Source: Bugula neritina
Lineage: Eukaryota > Animalia > Bryozoa
Direction: 5' to 3'
Length of the DNA stretch: 64,000 nucleotides
Assembly (NCBI GenBank): GCA_964035545.1
Contig: OZ037768.1
Coordinates: forward strand, 2,078,741-2,142,740
Part shown: positions 1 to 13,096 of the stretch, in pieces
How positions within the stretch are numbered: the first letter of the stretch is position 1
Layout: each line of letters begins with the position of its first letter
Program-made: the position numbers and the translations under genes
Notes under the pieces: generated by a model
Told to the model about the DNA's origin: nothing
Databases searched by the model: none
The model's input: only the letters and a program-made list of their open reading frames with translations

Positions 1-3000
1 ACCATAGACATGAGCTCTTCGCTGTTTTCAGGAGGCTGTAGAGATCGAGTCTGTATCATCATGAACTCCGATATAATTCTAAAACATTTACACCCACAAA
101 CTGCAATAAAGTAAATAAAAGTTTTCACATTCTTTCACCAAAATCCAATTGATCGGTGAATTAACATGACAAATTGTTCCTAGTTATACAGCATCAAGTT
201 TTCAGTTCTACATTTTGGTAACTTCTCATAAAGCACAACAACTATACTGGATTTGTGGTAAAATTAGCCAGGATTTGTCTCCCCAGAGCTACTTACGACT
301 TGTTCTCAACTCTGTGGTCATCAGTGACTCTAGTGAGGAGGATGTTGGCCAGGTCCTTGGCAGCGTCAGCAAGTCCTCTCTTCAGATCCTCGCAGTCCAG
401 TCTGATCATGTCGAAGGTTTCGATACTCGGTAGGGCAAGGATTTCCTTCGCCACCGACTTGTATTTCTCAATCAACTGTAAGTTTATCTCTTATATTAGA
501 CTTCATTGTCAGCGTAATATAATGTTTATGTTATACATGTGTGAGTGTGGGAATTTTAAACTAACAAATTTATACAATATGATAGGCCCTGGAATAATAA
601 ATAAAACATGGATGAACAAACCAGTATCGAAAAAGACATATTCTTTTGCGCATCAAAATACAGAGTAACTCTTAAGCAGATACAGAGTAACTATCAAGTA
701 GAGTTGTCAATTAACTTGCCTCAGTGTATTCTTCAAAAGTCTGTTTTGAAGCCATAAATTTCTTTATCTCACTTTCGGCATCTCCATTGACTATGTAGTT
801 ATATCTTTCATCTGTAGTGAAAATATCAGTTTCATTATTTTTAATTTAGTTACCCTATGTAGTCTCTTGCGCTTTGAAATCATCATTTCACTAAAACTTT
901 TACCCCACATAGATCTATTATTTTTTTCTCATCATCATATTATAGTAGTTTGACTGTGTACTATACTAAAGTGTAGCATACAGTTAAATACTCACAGAAA
1001 GACTGGAGATGAGCTTTAGGCTCCTCAAAATTTCTCCTGACAGCTTCTTTCAGCTTCACATGAGCTGCTTGAATAATGTGGTCAGCGACCAAAGCTGGTG
1101 TGTTGGTAACAGTGTTACCTCCAGATAGCCAAGAGTAAACCTGAGTGTGATAAACATGAGTATGAGTAATGGTAGAAGTAACAGAAGTTGAGATGAGTCA
1201 GAGTGGTAGTGTATCACATGAGATGAGTCAGAGTGGTAGTGTAGAAGAATTATACAAGGCAGAGACAAAATTGCAGCACTAACGAGTCATAGTGAAAATG
1301 GTGAATGATAATTTTGTTTTATTCAGCCATTCCCAGTTTTGCTCTAGGAATAGAATGAGGAAAATTTTAAACATAAACATAATCTACGTAACATGTTTTT
1401 AAATTAGAAGCAACCATGGCCTCTGCTTTTTCTCATTAAGTGTGTGTGTAAGTGTGTCTGTGTGTCTGTGTGCCTGCCTATGTGCATGCGTGTGTAGGTC
1501 TAATGTGTGTGTTAATCTCTAAGCATACTTACAGTTGGCACACTCTGCATTGTTTTACAGATCAGTGTAACCACAAACAGAGCCAGCTCTTCGAGCTCCT
1601 CATATTGAGGGTAGAACTGCATCTTCCTGTCATCAAAGGTCAGCTCCATACGAAGCAGGGGCAGGTTTTCCTTATTGTTCTCGTCAAAGAGGGAAACCCA
1701 GGAGTCTATGGTTCGTACAAGCAGGTCTTTGATCTGTGGTCAAAGAATGTGGTGCAACATTACTTCCGTATAGGGCATCTGCTATTGATAGACGTACATA
1801 TTATACCCTATAGTATAAACTGATGTAATTTTCTTACCTGGTTAGAAATGAGAGTAGTGACGGAGTTATAGAAGCTTTCCTGTTTGTCAGGTTTGATGCT
1901 GGTGAAGGCACTTTTGTCGGTGAAAAGGTTGATGATACTCGGGTACCAAGTGTGCATCAGCTTGTCTTCTGTCTTCTCACACTCGAGGATTATGTTATTT
2001 CTGAGTGAACTGAATTCCATTGGACCCTCAGATCTGTTTTTAAAGAAAAGGTCTTCAAATTTACACGCATGTATCAAAAAGAAAAACTTGTTAACATAAA
2101 TTAAAAAACTATCATGCTGTGAGTTACAACTACATGAAGTAGCAGTTCAAGTTAAAGAAATTGCTAAAAGAAATATTAATATACCTGTACAGGTAAATTA
2201 AATAAGATAGTATGAGTCACCTGTATTGTGTGCAGTCGACCACGAGTATGCTAGAAAGAGATTCTTGGCAAATAGCCAAAGACTGCTGCATGGCGGGATG
2301 CAGTATGTGGAGGTTGTGTTTAATCAGCTCCTTAGATGCCACGTAGTCTTCGTGCCACGGCTGTGAATAGTCTAGTCCTTCTGCATCCTCCCCTGGCGGC
2401 GACCAATCATCACTTTCTAAACCCTTCACTGCCGGCTTCACCAAGGTCAGCTGAACTGTAACAGAAGATAAATTTTTTAATAAAGTTCGCCACATTGAAG
2501 CTTGAAAAAGGTACTCTCTAATATAATAAAATAATAGCTTTTGGTTAAAAAACATAAATATTATTTTTATGTTTTAGTATTATTCGATAAAATGTTTTTA
2601 ATAAATAATTCATTAATCTAACGAAATAATCCAAACTCACGTGTAAGCAAACTAAACTGTTTCCCATACATAAACTTGGTTACATACTTAGAGATTTTTG
2701 CATGCTTTTAGAAAAATTCTCTCCAACTTCTTTCAAAGTCTCTTCTATGACTTCTCTGTTTTTAGATGTTTTGAGTTCATCCGGTATCAGTTTGAGGATG
2801 TTGTCAAACCACTGCTGCTGAATGGGTACGACAGGTGCTTCTTCTACACACTTCCTGAGAAACTGATAGTTGAGTCTCACTCTCCTGTCTTTACTCATCA
2901 TCTACAAACACAGTTCACAAGTGTGGAACTCACGAGAGAACATTCTAGTAAGCAATTCTTCAGTAGTGAGTTGTTGAAATCAAAGTTTGCTGAATATTTT

Positions 3001-3615
3001 TAATTCAAATTTAGTTAAGTTTACTATTCTTTTGCTAAAAAATATTCATTAGAAATGAGGTTTTAGATCTGACTAATAAATGAAATGTTCAAGTAAGCAA
3101 ATAAACAGACACAGGCATGATTTTAAAAATAAAACTAAAATTTGAGAAAAAGAGTGTAACTTTAAAGACAAACATTTAATTTGAAAAAGTTAAACAGAAA
3201 CATAATTTAAAAATAAAAACATGATTGAAAGAGAAATGTTATTACTAAAAAAGACATGCCTCAAATAAGAACTCAGAGATGATTTAACATAGCAAGATAT
3301 GACTCAGAAGATAAATGTATGACGTGTATGTACCTGAGCAGGGTATGCAGGCTCATCATTATTGTCTGCAGTAAGCTCAGCGTGTTTATTGTGATCTACT
3401 GTAGTTTCGTATGCCTGCACAGCATTGTCCAGCATTATCTTTGTTAGTAGGTTCTGTTTTTCCTTTGCAGCTCTGTGGGTGAGAAGTTTACTTTTAGCAT
3501 AGGGATCGTCTTTTCTCACAGCAGAAGTTGGAATCGGTGGAAGACGTGGCATACCGTCAGAGCCAAGGCCTTTGGGCAAGGCTTTTTTACCTTTTCCTTT
3601 TGCCTTGGCAGACAT
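1..3615 (-). CDS. DNAH12: Axonemal dynein heavy chain 12-like, N-terminal part (gene continues off the left edge)
   Basis: Exons (minus strand) 3615-3334, 2901-2688, 2455-2221, 2033-1838, 1733-1533, 1140-996, 811-720 (GC donor), 475-297, 78-<1, all phase-compatible. Peptide motifs LPPI, CVEEAPVVPIQQQW, GLDYSQPWH, LHILHP, TWYPSIINLFT, ELTFDDRKMQFYP and RLDCEDLK match the DNAH12 N-terminus as I recall it. Confidence 0.88.
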
Positions 3616-4991
3616 GGTCAATTCTATATATAATAAAATAATGTTTGATATTTTTTATAACACAATTTGATGAGTGTACAAAAACAAGAAATAAAAATGT
3701 ATACATTAGCACCTCCATTACACAAGTATTCAACTTGGTATATGAATGTAGTGAATAACAACAATGTTGTTATATACAATAAAATATCAAAAATGCAAAA
3801 GATTTAGTGCAGATTATGACACTTTTAGGTACTTTTAAATTAATGGTTGCTGTGCATCACAACCTGCTATTAGAGTCAAGTTATGCACCAAAAATTTAAC
3901 CCACTTAAATATGTTAATTATACTATCATACACAAATATGTGCTTTAAAACTAAACACAAATTTATAAAAAAATTAAAACTTGTGTGTTTGTTCAACAGA
4001 AAAATTTAATTTAAGTCAAAGTTCAATTTTACATTTCTTTTATTGATACTACTTGATACTACTTTTAAGATACTACTTGAAAATCTAAAAGTTAACTTTT
4101 TATTGCAATGGTACATAAAAGCTGCAAAGCTTTCCAGCCAGCTAAATAAAACTAACAAACTATGCCAGTACATGACTTTAGGAATAGCATTGTCAAATAT
4201 CTGTTTTTGGCATTCGATAAAATACATTTGTCATGTTTACGTCTATAAGTCATTATAATAATACTAAATTTAATAGTTCAATTTTAGCAAATGCAACAAA
4301 ATATGACTACATATTATTGTTTTAGTTTGCATCAGTCACTATTATAATCTTTATAATAAACTTTAAGCCGCCTGTTGATAATGATTACAGATTAGTATTA
4401 GTTAAAAAAACGGTGGTTTACTTTCATAAAATTAAATAATATTAGAGCAATAAATACACTAAAAATTTAACATTACCTATCAATTAACTTTAAAAGAAAA
4501 TTTGCTTTAATTCAACACCAACGGCACACAGACTCACTGAGATATTGACAGTCTGAGTGACGCAGTCGCATTGAAATTCAAATTGACTGAAAAGATCAAC
4601 TATTGACAATTCAAATTTTAGTTTAGAGCAGAGTAAAGGTAACCCACCTTAACAAATTTAGTTTTTAAATTTTATAAATTATCATTGTATTAAATAATTT
4701 TTAAAAGCAGAAGGGAATTAGAATGAATTTAAGATGACTATATTAACATTGAATTTAACTTTGAAAATTCACTAATGACCAATTCGCAGCTTTACTGTCG
4801 TTATGGTTCTGGAGGTCCCGCAGCAATTACTAGCCTCGAAACATCGTGTAATAATTGTATTATCAAAATTATTTTAATAACACAAACTAATTTGTATTTT
4901 AAATATTTTTTAAAAAATATCATTTAAAAGGTATGACTGAATAAATTGGAAAACTGAAAATTTTTGTCAACCTTGACCTTGACATATTTTG

Positions 4992-5005
4992 GTCGCTATA
5001 ACAAC
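4992..5005. promoter_or_regulatory. RFX X-box-like motif in the DNAH12/IQUB divergent promoter
   Basis: GTCGCTATAACAAC fits the X-box consensus GTHNYY-AT-RRNAAC. It lies between the putative non-coding first-exon donors of the two cilia genes (about 4477 on minus, 5133 on plus). Confidence 0.5.
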
Positions 5006-5714
5006 CCATACACATATAGGCGGTTTATAAATGATCTTCACTAGAAAACCTGTCAGCTAATAGTTAGCTGCTGGCCATTGGCACAGGACTGCATACAACT
5101 AGACTTAACACTGTTCTCAGTAAGCCACACCAGGTAATTTATAAGTTTTACTTTTTATGCCTAACCTACTATGTCATTTGATGATCACAATCATAGTGTA
5201 TGGCGTTTACGTTTAACTCTGCCATCACAGTGATCACCGTCACGTGCAAAAATGTTTTCAATTAATTGTGAGACTGTTTAATAATACTGACATCATAATT
5301 CATGATAAATTTATACATTAATTGAGAAAAGATTGCATCTTATTAAATTTTAAATTAAATTAAAGTATCTCCGTGATGTAAATTTATGAAAAATAACATT
5401 AACTTTATTAACAAGTTAACTATTAAACTAGAAGGTAATTTGGTTTGAGGGCCAGATATACTTTAATTATCAAATAAACATTCTGCTTAAAATTTTGCAA
5501 CCAGAATAGCAAAAGCGCTTATTAATTTTTTATACTTTAAATAGACTTTATAGCTTACACACAGGTGTAATATTAGTATCACAAATTTTGTTTAATATTT
5601 TCATATTAATAGTAATACTAATAAGTAATATTTATATTAGATTTTGAATTAAAAGCAATACAACTAATGACTGGATCAACATATACTAACGTCTACATTG
5701 CTTTTTAGAATATA

Positions 5715-8700
5715 ATGGCAGATGCTGAAGACTTGAACACAGGAAATGTAGACGCAGCAGAAGAGAAAGTTGAAGAAGTTGTTGAAACAACAGCCGCTAC
5801 AGAAGGTGTGGCAGCAGATGAGACTGTAGTTAAAAATACAGGTGCTACAGAAGATAGTGAGAGTAAGCAAGAAGCCCCAAAAGATGAAAATACTGAGATA
5901 GCTGCAAAAGAATCTGAACAAGCAGAACCAGCTGAAGAAAAACCAGAAGGCGTAAGTAAGATTTGCACTAAACAAATATTGTTAACAACTAATTTAAAAT
6001 AGAGAATCAATTTCAAGTAGTTTAAAAACAAACCCAATTCATATAAATGATGCAGGATAACAATCAGGAGAAAGAAAAAGAATTGACCAATGATGAGCCT
6101 GCAGTAGACGGTGGTGAGACAACTGATGTAGCTGCAGTTTCTGACAATCCACAAAATGAGGAGCCATCAGCTGAAAATATGACAGAAGAAGGTAAACCAG
6201 AAGACAATGAAGAGGTCAAAGAAGGTGAAAAGGAAGTTGTAGCTGAGGAAGAAGTTCTAGCCGAGGAGAGCCATGAAGCACCTAAAGATTCAGGTACGCA
6301 AAGAAAATTAAAAAGAAAAAGCATATATTATACGTATGCTCTATACAAATTGTCAAATAAAAATGAGTTAGTACAGCCATTCCGGATCAAGATAATATTG
6401 CCAATAAAACATTTTAGAAGCTGAAGTTAAGCAAGAGGAAGCTGCAAAAGAAAAGGACACTAAAAATACTGTTTCTTCAGCTGGAGTTCCTCCCCCAACC
6501 ACTACTCCAGCAGAAGACAAGCAAATTGAGTCAGCAGATTCTGGTGCTGATCAAAAAGCCGAGATAGAAGAGCCGACCAGCAGCCTTGTAGTCCAAGAGA
6601 TTCCCTCAGCAACAGGTAAGCAGCTGCTTGAGTTTATGTCAACTGTTCGAGTTTGTGTCAACTGCTTGAGTTTGTGTCAACTGCTGAGTTTGTATCAGCT
6701 GTGCTGTTATATTATATTAAAGTCACTCCATATTAAAATTGATAAATACCAGGCCTTGTTTTGAGCGTTTTGAGCATATATTAAGATTATTTATACTTGA
6801 AGTACTACACGTTCAGTCAGTCATAGCTTTAAACCTTGGTTAGATGTAGTACTTAGAAATTATAGTTTATACATTGTACTTTTGTTTCTGCATTGCTTAT
6901 TCGTTTATTTTTAGTGAAATTCGTTCTCCTACCAACTGCCCAAGTTGCTACAATGAAATGCGCTCTGAATCAAACTTTAAAGGAACTAAAAGATCATTTT
7001 GCAGTAGAACTAAAAATACCGGCAGATGTGATATTACTCTTGCATGAAGGTAAGTTGCTGCAATTTATCTTTTAATATATTACTAAGCACCTTTTAATAT
7101 GTTATCATATTACTAACCATTGTTGTCATTCCAAAAATACTTGCAAATAAGTAGAGTGATACACCAATTAAAATGATGAATTCAAATAAACTGAATGAGC
7201 AAAACCTACTGCTGCCAGTTGAAGAGGCGTTTAACGATGATTGTGAACTAAGTTCGCAATCATCTGAAGTTGACATTAGTCTCCCGGTGATACTCGAGCA
7301 AGACTCCCCTGAGCCAACTCTTGCATCATCAAATATTACTTTCCATGATTGGTCAATTCCTGATGCAACATCTGTCCACACGCCAACACAGTCTGAGAAT
7401 TTGACTGTAAAGCATGAGCAAATATCACCTATAGAAAACATAGCCAGTTCAAGCTTACCAAACATTGACAAATCTCCCCCACTCGTCTGTCATGAGACTC
7501 CTAGTCAAATCAGTCTTTATGAACAGAAAAATGACAATAGCATAAAATCTGAAGCCAAAAGCAATGACAGGAATGAAGAAATAAGGCTTTTTAAAGCAAC
7601 TTCAAATTTAGCCAAACTTGGTAGATTTTCTAACTTTTCATGTTATAATAAACAAGAGATAGTGCTCACTGCCTCCTATATAAATCAAGTCAATACCCAT
7701 AAGCATTTAATAATGTATTTACTATCACAGGCACCAATATTGAGGATGGGAAAACATTGGCTGACTTGGGAGTTGGTCCCAACAGTACAGTACAGCTGGA
7801 GATGCAGTCTGCAGATCCTGTAAACACTCCAATCAAAGCCTTCAGACCAAGACAGACGTACGTCATGCCTGACGTCATAACTGTCAAGGTCGAAACAGGT
7901 AGTTTCCAAATAAATCTCTTATTGCTATCCAATCTTCATTAAAATACAATATTTATTGTATAAACAAACTGCAAGCATATTTTGTTTCATTTGCTATAAG
8001 TTTTCAAGATGTAACTCAATCCAAGTGGCTATAAAGTCTCCCACTATTTGCTTATCTGAACTTTTCGTTGAGAAACATACCTGTGAAAGATTTGCCTTTT
8101 AAAAGCAACTTCTTTTGCTCAATCATAAAAATATAATGGCAGACATAAAATCTACACTATATTTAGCAAAATTTGATTTTATGAAATTTGCTGATTGGTA
8201 GAATCATCAAATTGCGTGACATAAATCATATATTCAGCATGTTATTCTATCACCATCACCTGTGGAACTAGTATTTTTGTATTTATGTTTAAAAGATGTA
8301 AACTGAACTCTGCATTGCATTAAACTGTGGACACATTTTTTCTACCCAATTTTGTCTATCATTTGATTTAGAACCACAAAGATACAAGGATGTAGTGGTA
8401 GAGGTAGAAAGATCAACCAGAAAGAAACCGTATCTAGGTGGTTACAGACATAAACAAACCGGAGTAGAGTTCCATCACGCATCTGCACAAACTGGTCCCA
8501 AAGCAAGAGCAATAAGCAATGTAGAAAGGTGAGGTTAGATAACTCCTAATGAAATGTCAACAGAGAGTCAACGTGAAATTTCTTTTACAAGATGCAAATT
8601 TAACATCAATAAACAGTTTTCCGATAGATTGATGTTTAACCTACGATATTTTATAAAAATAATATAAACTTTGAAAATATGAATTGAGTTGGGAAATTTA

Positions 8701-11700
8701 TACTGAAACTCAAAAGATCACACTCAGGTCAATGTTGATATAGTGTAAATGGGGATCTATTGTTAGTAGGTATGCTATAATGTATGTACACTATAGTGTA
8801 AGTACACATACTACAAGTATACTATAGTATAAGTATGTTACAGTGTAAGTATACATAGTGTAAGTAAGTATACTACTAGTATGCTATACTACAAGTATGC
8901 TATAGTATAAGTATGTTACAGTGTAAGTATACATAGTGTAAGTAAGTATACACACTACAAGTATGCTATAGTATAAGTATGTTACAGTGTAAGTATACAT
9001 AGTGTAAGTAAGTATACATACTACAAGTATGCTATAGTATAAGTATGTTACAGTGTAAGTATACATAGTGTAAGTAAGTATACATACTACAGGTATGCTA
9101 TAGTATAAGTATGTTACAGTGTAAGTATACATAGTGTAAGTAAGTATACATACTACAGGTATTGTCGAGATACACAGACATATCAGATGAAACATATCAG
9201 ACAGCAGACTAGCGAGGATACGTACACTCAGATGACCAAAATCGGTGTGTACGTTTCAAACATGGCTGACAAGCTTATGATTCCACGAAAATATACGACG
9301 GCAGAAGAATACCACAAGATGATTCTAGAAAAGGTTTGATTATGATACGTTTATTTTTCACAATTTCAATACAAGTGCTGTTTGACTTAATGTATGTTTA
9401 TTTTTCAAACGATAATTTTGAGATTTAGATACTCTTGAGGTTAAAAAGTAGTGTTAGACATGAAATCACGATGTTAGCAAATTTGAAATTAAATGATGCT
9501 ATAACTCTTATGGTATAAGTAGTAACGAAAGCAACACAAACTCATCGTGAACGGCCACCATAGTTCTCTGATGCTTCGTTTAGTCTGAGTTTCTGTCTTC
9601 AGGTAATAGTCCTGCAGAAATATTGGCGACGGTGGCTGGCGATGAAAAATGTGACAAAATTAAAAGTTGACAGGCAAAAGAGATTGGATTGGGAAAAACA
9701 AGAAGAAATCAAAAAGCGAGAAGAAAAGGAAATGAGAATAAAGAAGGAGTTTGAGAGACGAATGAATCCAAAAACCAAGGAGGACTTTGATCTGCTTTAT
9801 TCTGCTCTAGAAAGTAAGTTCTTTGATCTACACTAGCTACACTTACATCTACACTAGTCACACTTACATCTACACTAACTACACTTACATCTACACTAGC
9901 TACACTTACATCTACACTAGCTACACTTACATCTGCACTAGCTACACTTACATCTACACTAGCTACACTTACATCTACATTAGCTACACTTACACCTGCA
10001 CTAGCTACACTTACACCTGCACTAGCTACACTTATATCTACACTAGCTACACTTACATCTACATTAGCTACACTTACATCTACACTAGCTACACTTACAT
10101 CTACACTAGCTACACTTACATCTACACTAGCTACACTTGCAACTAGACTATTTACACTTATATTGGAAAATGTGAAACATTTTAATAACCAGAAACACTT
10201 CTATTTATCAATATTATACTCAGATTTTTCTCCTCAATGTAGTAGTTTTTGAGTATTGGGTGCTACAGAGAACTAGCAAGCAACTCAGATATACACATTT
10301 AATAAGAGTGAGTTGATAATAAAGTAGAGCCACTTATAAAAAAACGGATTACACAAAAGCATTTAGCATATCTACTAGTTTGAATTACAATATCAATGTT
10401 GAGTAATTAGTTGTAACGTAGTCATAGTAGCTTTTTAATAATTAGCAGCATCAGTTAACATTAGCACCTAGTCTTTAATAACTTTAAATTAAAACCTTCT
10501 CTTGAAGTCTTTGCTAGAGCGTGTTATGTGCAACCAACAGTAGTTCATGACTCACACCAAACTAATAACATGAGGGCCTGTCTTTTCCAGAATGGCGTTT
10601 AGAAGAATTAGAAAAAATAGATAAGACATTGAGTGGGGCGGAGCGGAAGGCGGCCCTCTGTCAGCTGTTGGACCAGGAAACTCAGCTGATAGGATCAATT
10701 GGCAGACACAAGAAAGATGCAGACACTGATAACAGAGAGAAGATAATTCAGTCATTCCTCAATAAAGTAAATAAATATATCATAGTTTGTGACAACTTGT
10801 CTAACAACTTTACTTTTGATAGGTAAAAGCAATTCTTTTTGTTTTAAGTTTCTCAAGTTTTGAGCTTGATTGTTTCATTTTATTATCTTAAACCAAAATT
10901 GTGATATTTAAAACAATATTGGAAATTTGAAAAAAAATCACATTTTCAATATATTTTAGCATTTTCTTATCATCTATAAACATCCTACACATTAGAAGCA
11001 ATTATTGTTTTTTATTTGTTTAATGGTCTTGAGTAACTGAGTTTGTTTTATATATATTTATCCAACTGATCAGAATATTTCTTAGTCTGACACATTCACT
11101 ATGAACATAGATAGTATTCTTTCAAATGTTGAAGTTTATTTATATTACTCGAGGAAACTGAAAAAGCTATCAATTCTATCTGAATAATAGCCATTACGCG
11201 CACAAACAGTTGAAACCTAAAATATTTCTGTATGTACATAATGAAATGAAGATGAGGACTTTTGTACAACTTGATAAAAATGCATTACATCACATGCTAT
11301 GTGGTTTTAGGCAGCAGCACCTAAGAAGTGGAGAGGACCTGATGGAAACTTCACACACATGGATACACCATACACTATTAGAGCTCAGGAGTTGAGAGAT
11401 ATTTACAATAGTATCTGCTTCAAATACTTGACTCAAGATGAGAGACTGGATGTCCTACTCACACTCAAACACACCGTCAAGGTGAGTCTAACTACTAATT
11501 ATAACTTATCTTCTCTTAGCTATAATACATTTTATCTGTGGAAAATATTTAAAAAACCCTTTTTTAGTTTAATACTTACTCTTGAAAGCTATTACTTTAC
11601 TTCATCAAAATTTTTTATATAGTCTTCCCACTATAAATATGTAAAAAAAGGTAAGCAACTCCAAAAAATAATATTCAATTTAGAAATAGTTCAACAATGT

Positions 11701-13096
11701 TTTTTTTCAAACGTAATATTCTAACAGTGTAGTGAATTACATATTATTAGGAACACGACTGCAAACTAACCCAAGAGATAATTGAACTGATAGACCGAGA
11801 GGCTGACTTGTTAATGCGGGGTGTCCGTGACTCCAACCTTGAAGGATTGAGAAAGAGAATTGCTACACTGTTTCTACAATATATCAAGACACCAACTTTC
11901 AATCCAGAGGCTGCCAGACTCCTTAAGGTATGTGACACATAGCATTAGGTGAGTTGGCAACGTATGCCATTAGCATTTCGTATGATTGCAGCACTCATAT
12001 GATTAGTTCTAAAAAAGCACAAGTAAATTGCAAAAAGGAATTACAGTGCATATAAATACGTTGTGCTTCAGGTTCCACAAGATCCTTCAACCTTGCGTCA
12101 GAATATCTACTACTGTGCCAGTTGCAACCAGTACCTGCCATCTGTGGAGTTCCAACTATCAACCAACTCCAGAACTGTGGGGCGGTGTAGAAAGTGCCGT
12201 AATCTGGACAATGATGCTCGAACTAGGCAAGATTACAGTCATTACAGACTTATGCTGCGAGACTTGCGTCGTCTGGAAGAGTCTTATGGAGACGACTCCA
12301 AAGTTGCTTTCTTACTTCAGGTGAGCAGCCCTGAAGTGGCAATACATTGAAACTTTAGGCTATGTCAAGGTTTACATTATTGAAATAGAGCCTTCAATTA
12401 GGCGACTGGCATGGTTCTATTTGCAGCTCCGAGTTGGGGGTGATTGAGTGCAGTAGTTCTCGAGTTTGGAGTTTCATCTCCAACTCGGAGCTGCTTATAG
12501 AACTATTAGATTTGCACAATTTAAAACACTAAATTAAAATAGACTACAGTTTATTTAAATTTCCAACTCATTAAAAATGTTAAATTTAGGAGAACGATTT
12601 GCGATATCTGGTGGAGAAGATATGGAACAGCCAGAGTATTGTAAGCGCGTGGGATGACTTGTATGACCTAATACTCGTGAGGTGGGACAAACACAGGGAG
12701 TGGTCACCATGGAACTGTGTGCTACTAACCAAAGAGGAGTCATCTGCCCATGAACGTCTGGAAACCCTGGCTGAGGTATATTTATATGACAGCATATAGC
12801 ATCTTGCACAGTACAAATATCTTCTGAACCCAATCAGTTTAGAAGTGAGTTTGACATTGTGCTTGTCCTAATTACATCTACAACACGCGCCACACACTAT
12901 ATCTCATTACATTCATATAAATGCCGGTTACACAATGTTGTAGGGTTATGGCCGAGAACTGATACATAAAGTTCAGAGGAAACACGCGTTGGCTAGAAAC
13001 TACTTTTCCCGTCTCCCTGGAATGTCTGAGCATATGAGGAGAAGAGTAGCTGAACCACATGATGGGCCCGCAGTCGAGGGCATCTCCGTTAACTGA
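5715..13096 (+). CDS. IQUB: IQ motif and ubiquitin-like domain-containing protein (radial-spoke/motile cilia)
   Basis: Exons 5715-5951, 6056-6293, 6418-6615, 6915-7049, 7731-7898, 8372-8528, 9159-9333, 9603-9813, 10591-10766, 11311-11481, 11751-11927, 12072-12320, 12590-12775, 12944-13096 (TGA). Acidic N-terminus, UBL (VKFVLLP...LADLGV), [21 protein letters not shown] motif [60 protein letters not shown]. Confidence 0.93.
6620..6697. repeat. About 19-bp tandem repeat, 4 copies, starting at an IQUB donor
   Basis: caactgcttgagtttgtgt-type units immediately after the donor at 6616. Confidence 0.75.
8763..9162. repeat. 66-bp minisatellite, about 6 copies, ending in an IQUB acceptor
   Basis: Unit catactacaagtatgctatagtataagtatgttacagtgtaagtatacatagtgtaagtaagtata. 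The last partial unit supplies tactacag| at 9158. Confidence 0.9.
9825..10138. repeat. 21-bp minisatellite, about 15 copies
   Basis: Unit atctacactagctacacttac, starting about 12 nt after the donor at 9814. Confidence 0.95.
12414..12503. repeat. Inverted repeat / MITE-like hairpin in an IQUB intron
   Basis: Arms 12414-12437 (gttctatttgcagctccgagttgg) and 12480-12503 (ccaactcggagctgcttatagaac) are complementary at 22 of 24 positions. Confidence 0.75.

Noticed and set aside
5676-6324. Antisense ORFs over IQUB, and similar ones over AMPH, WIPF, SETD1 and KHDRBS
   Set aside because: Shadow frames of biased-composition coding exons.
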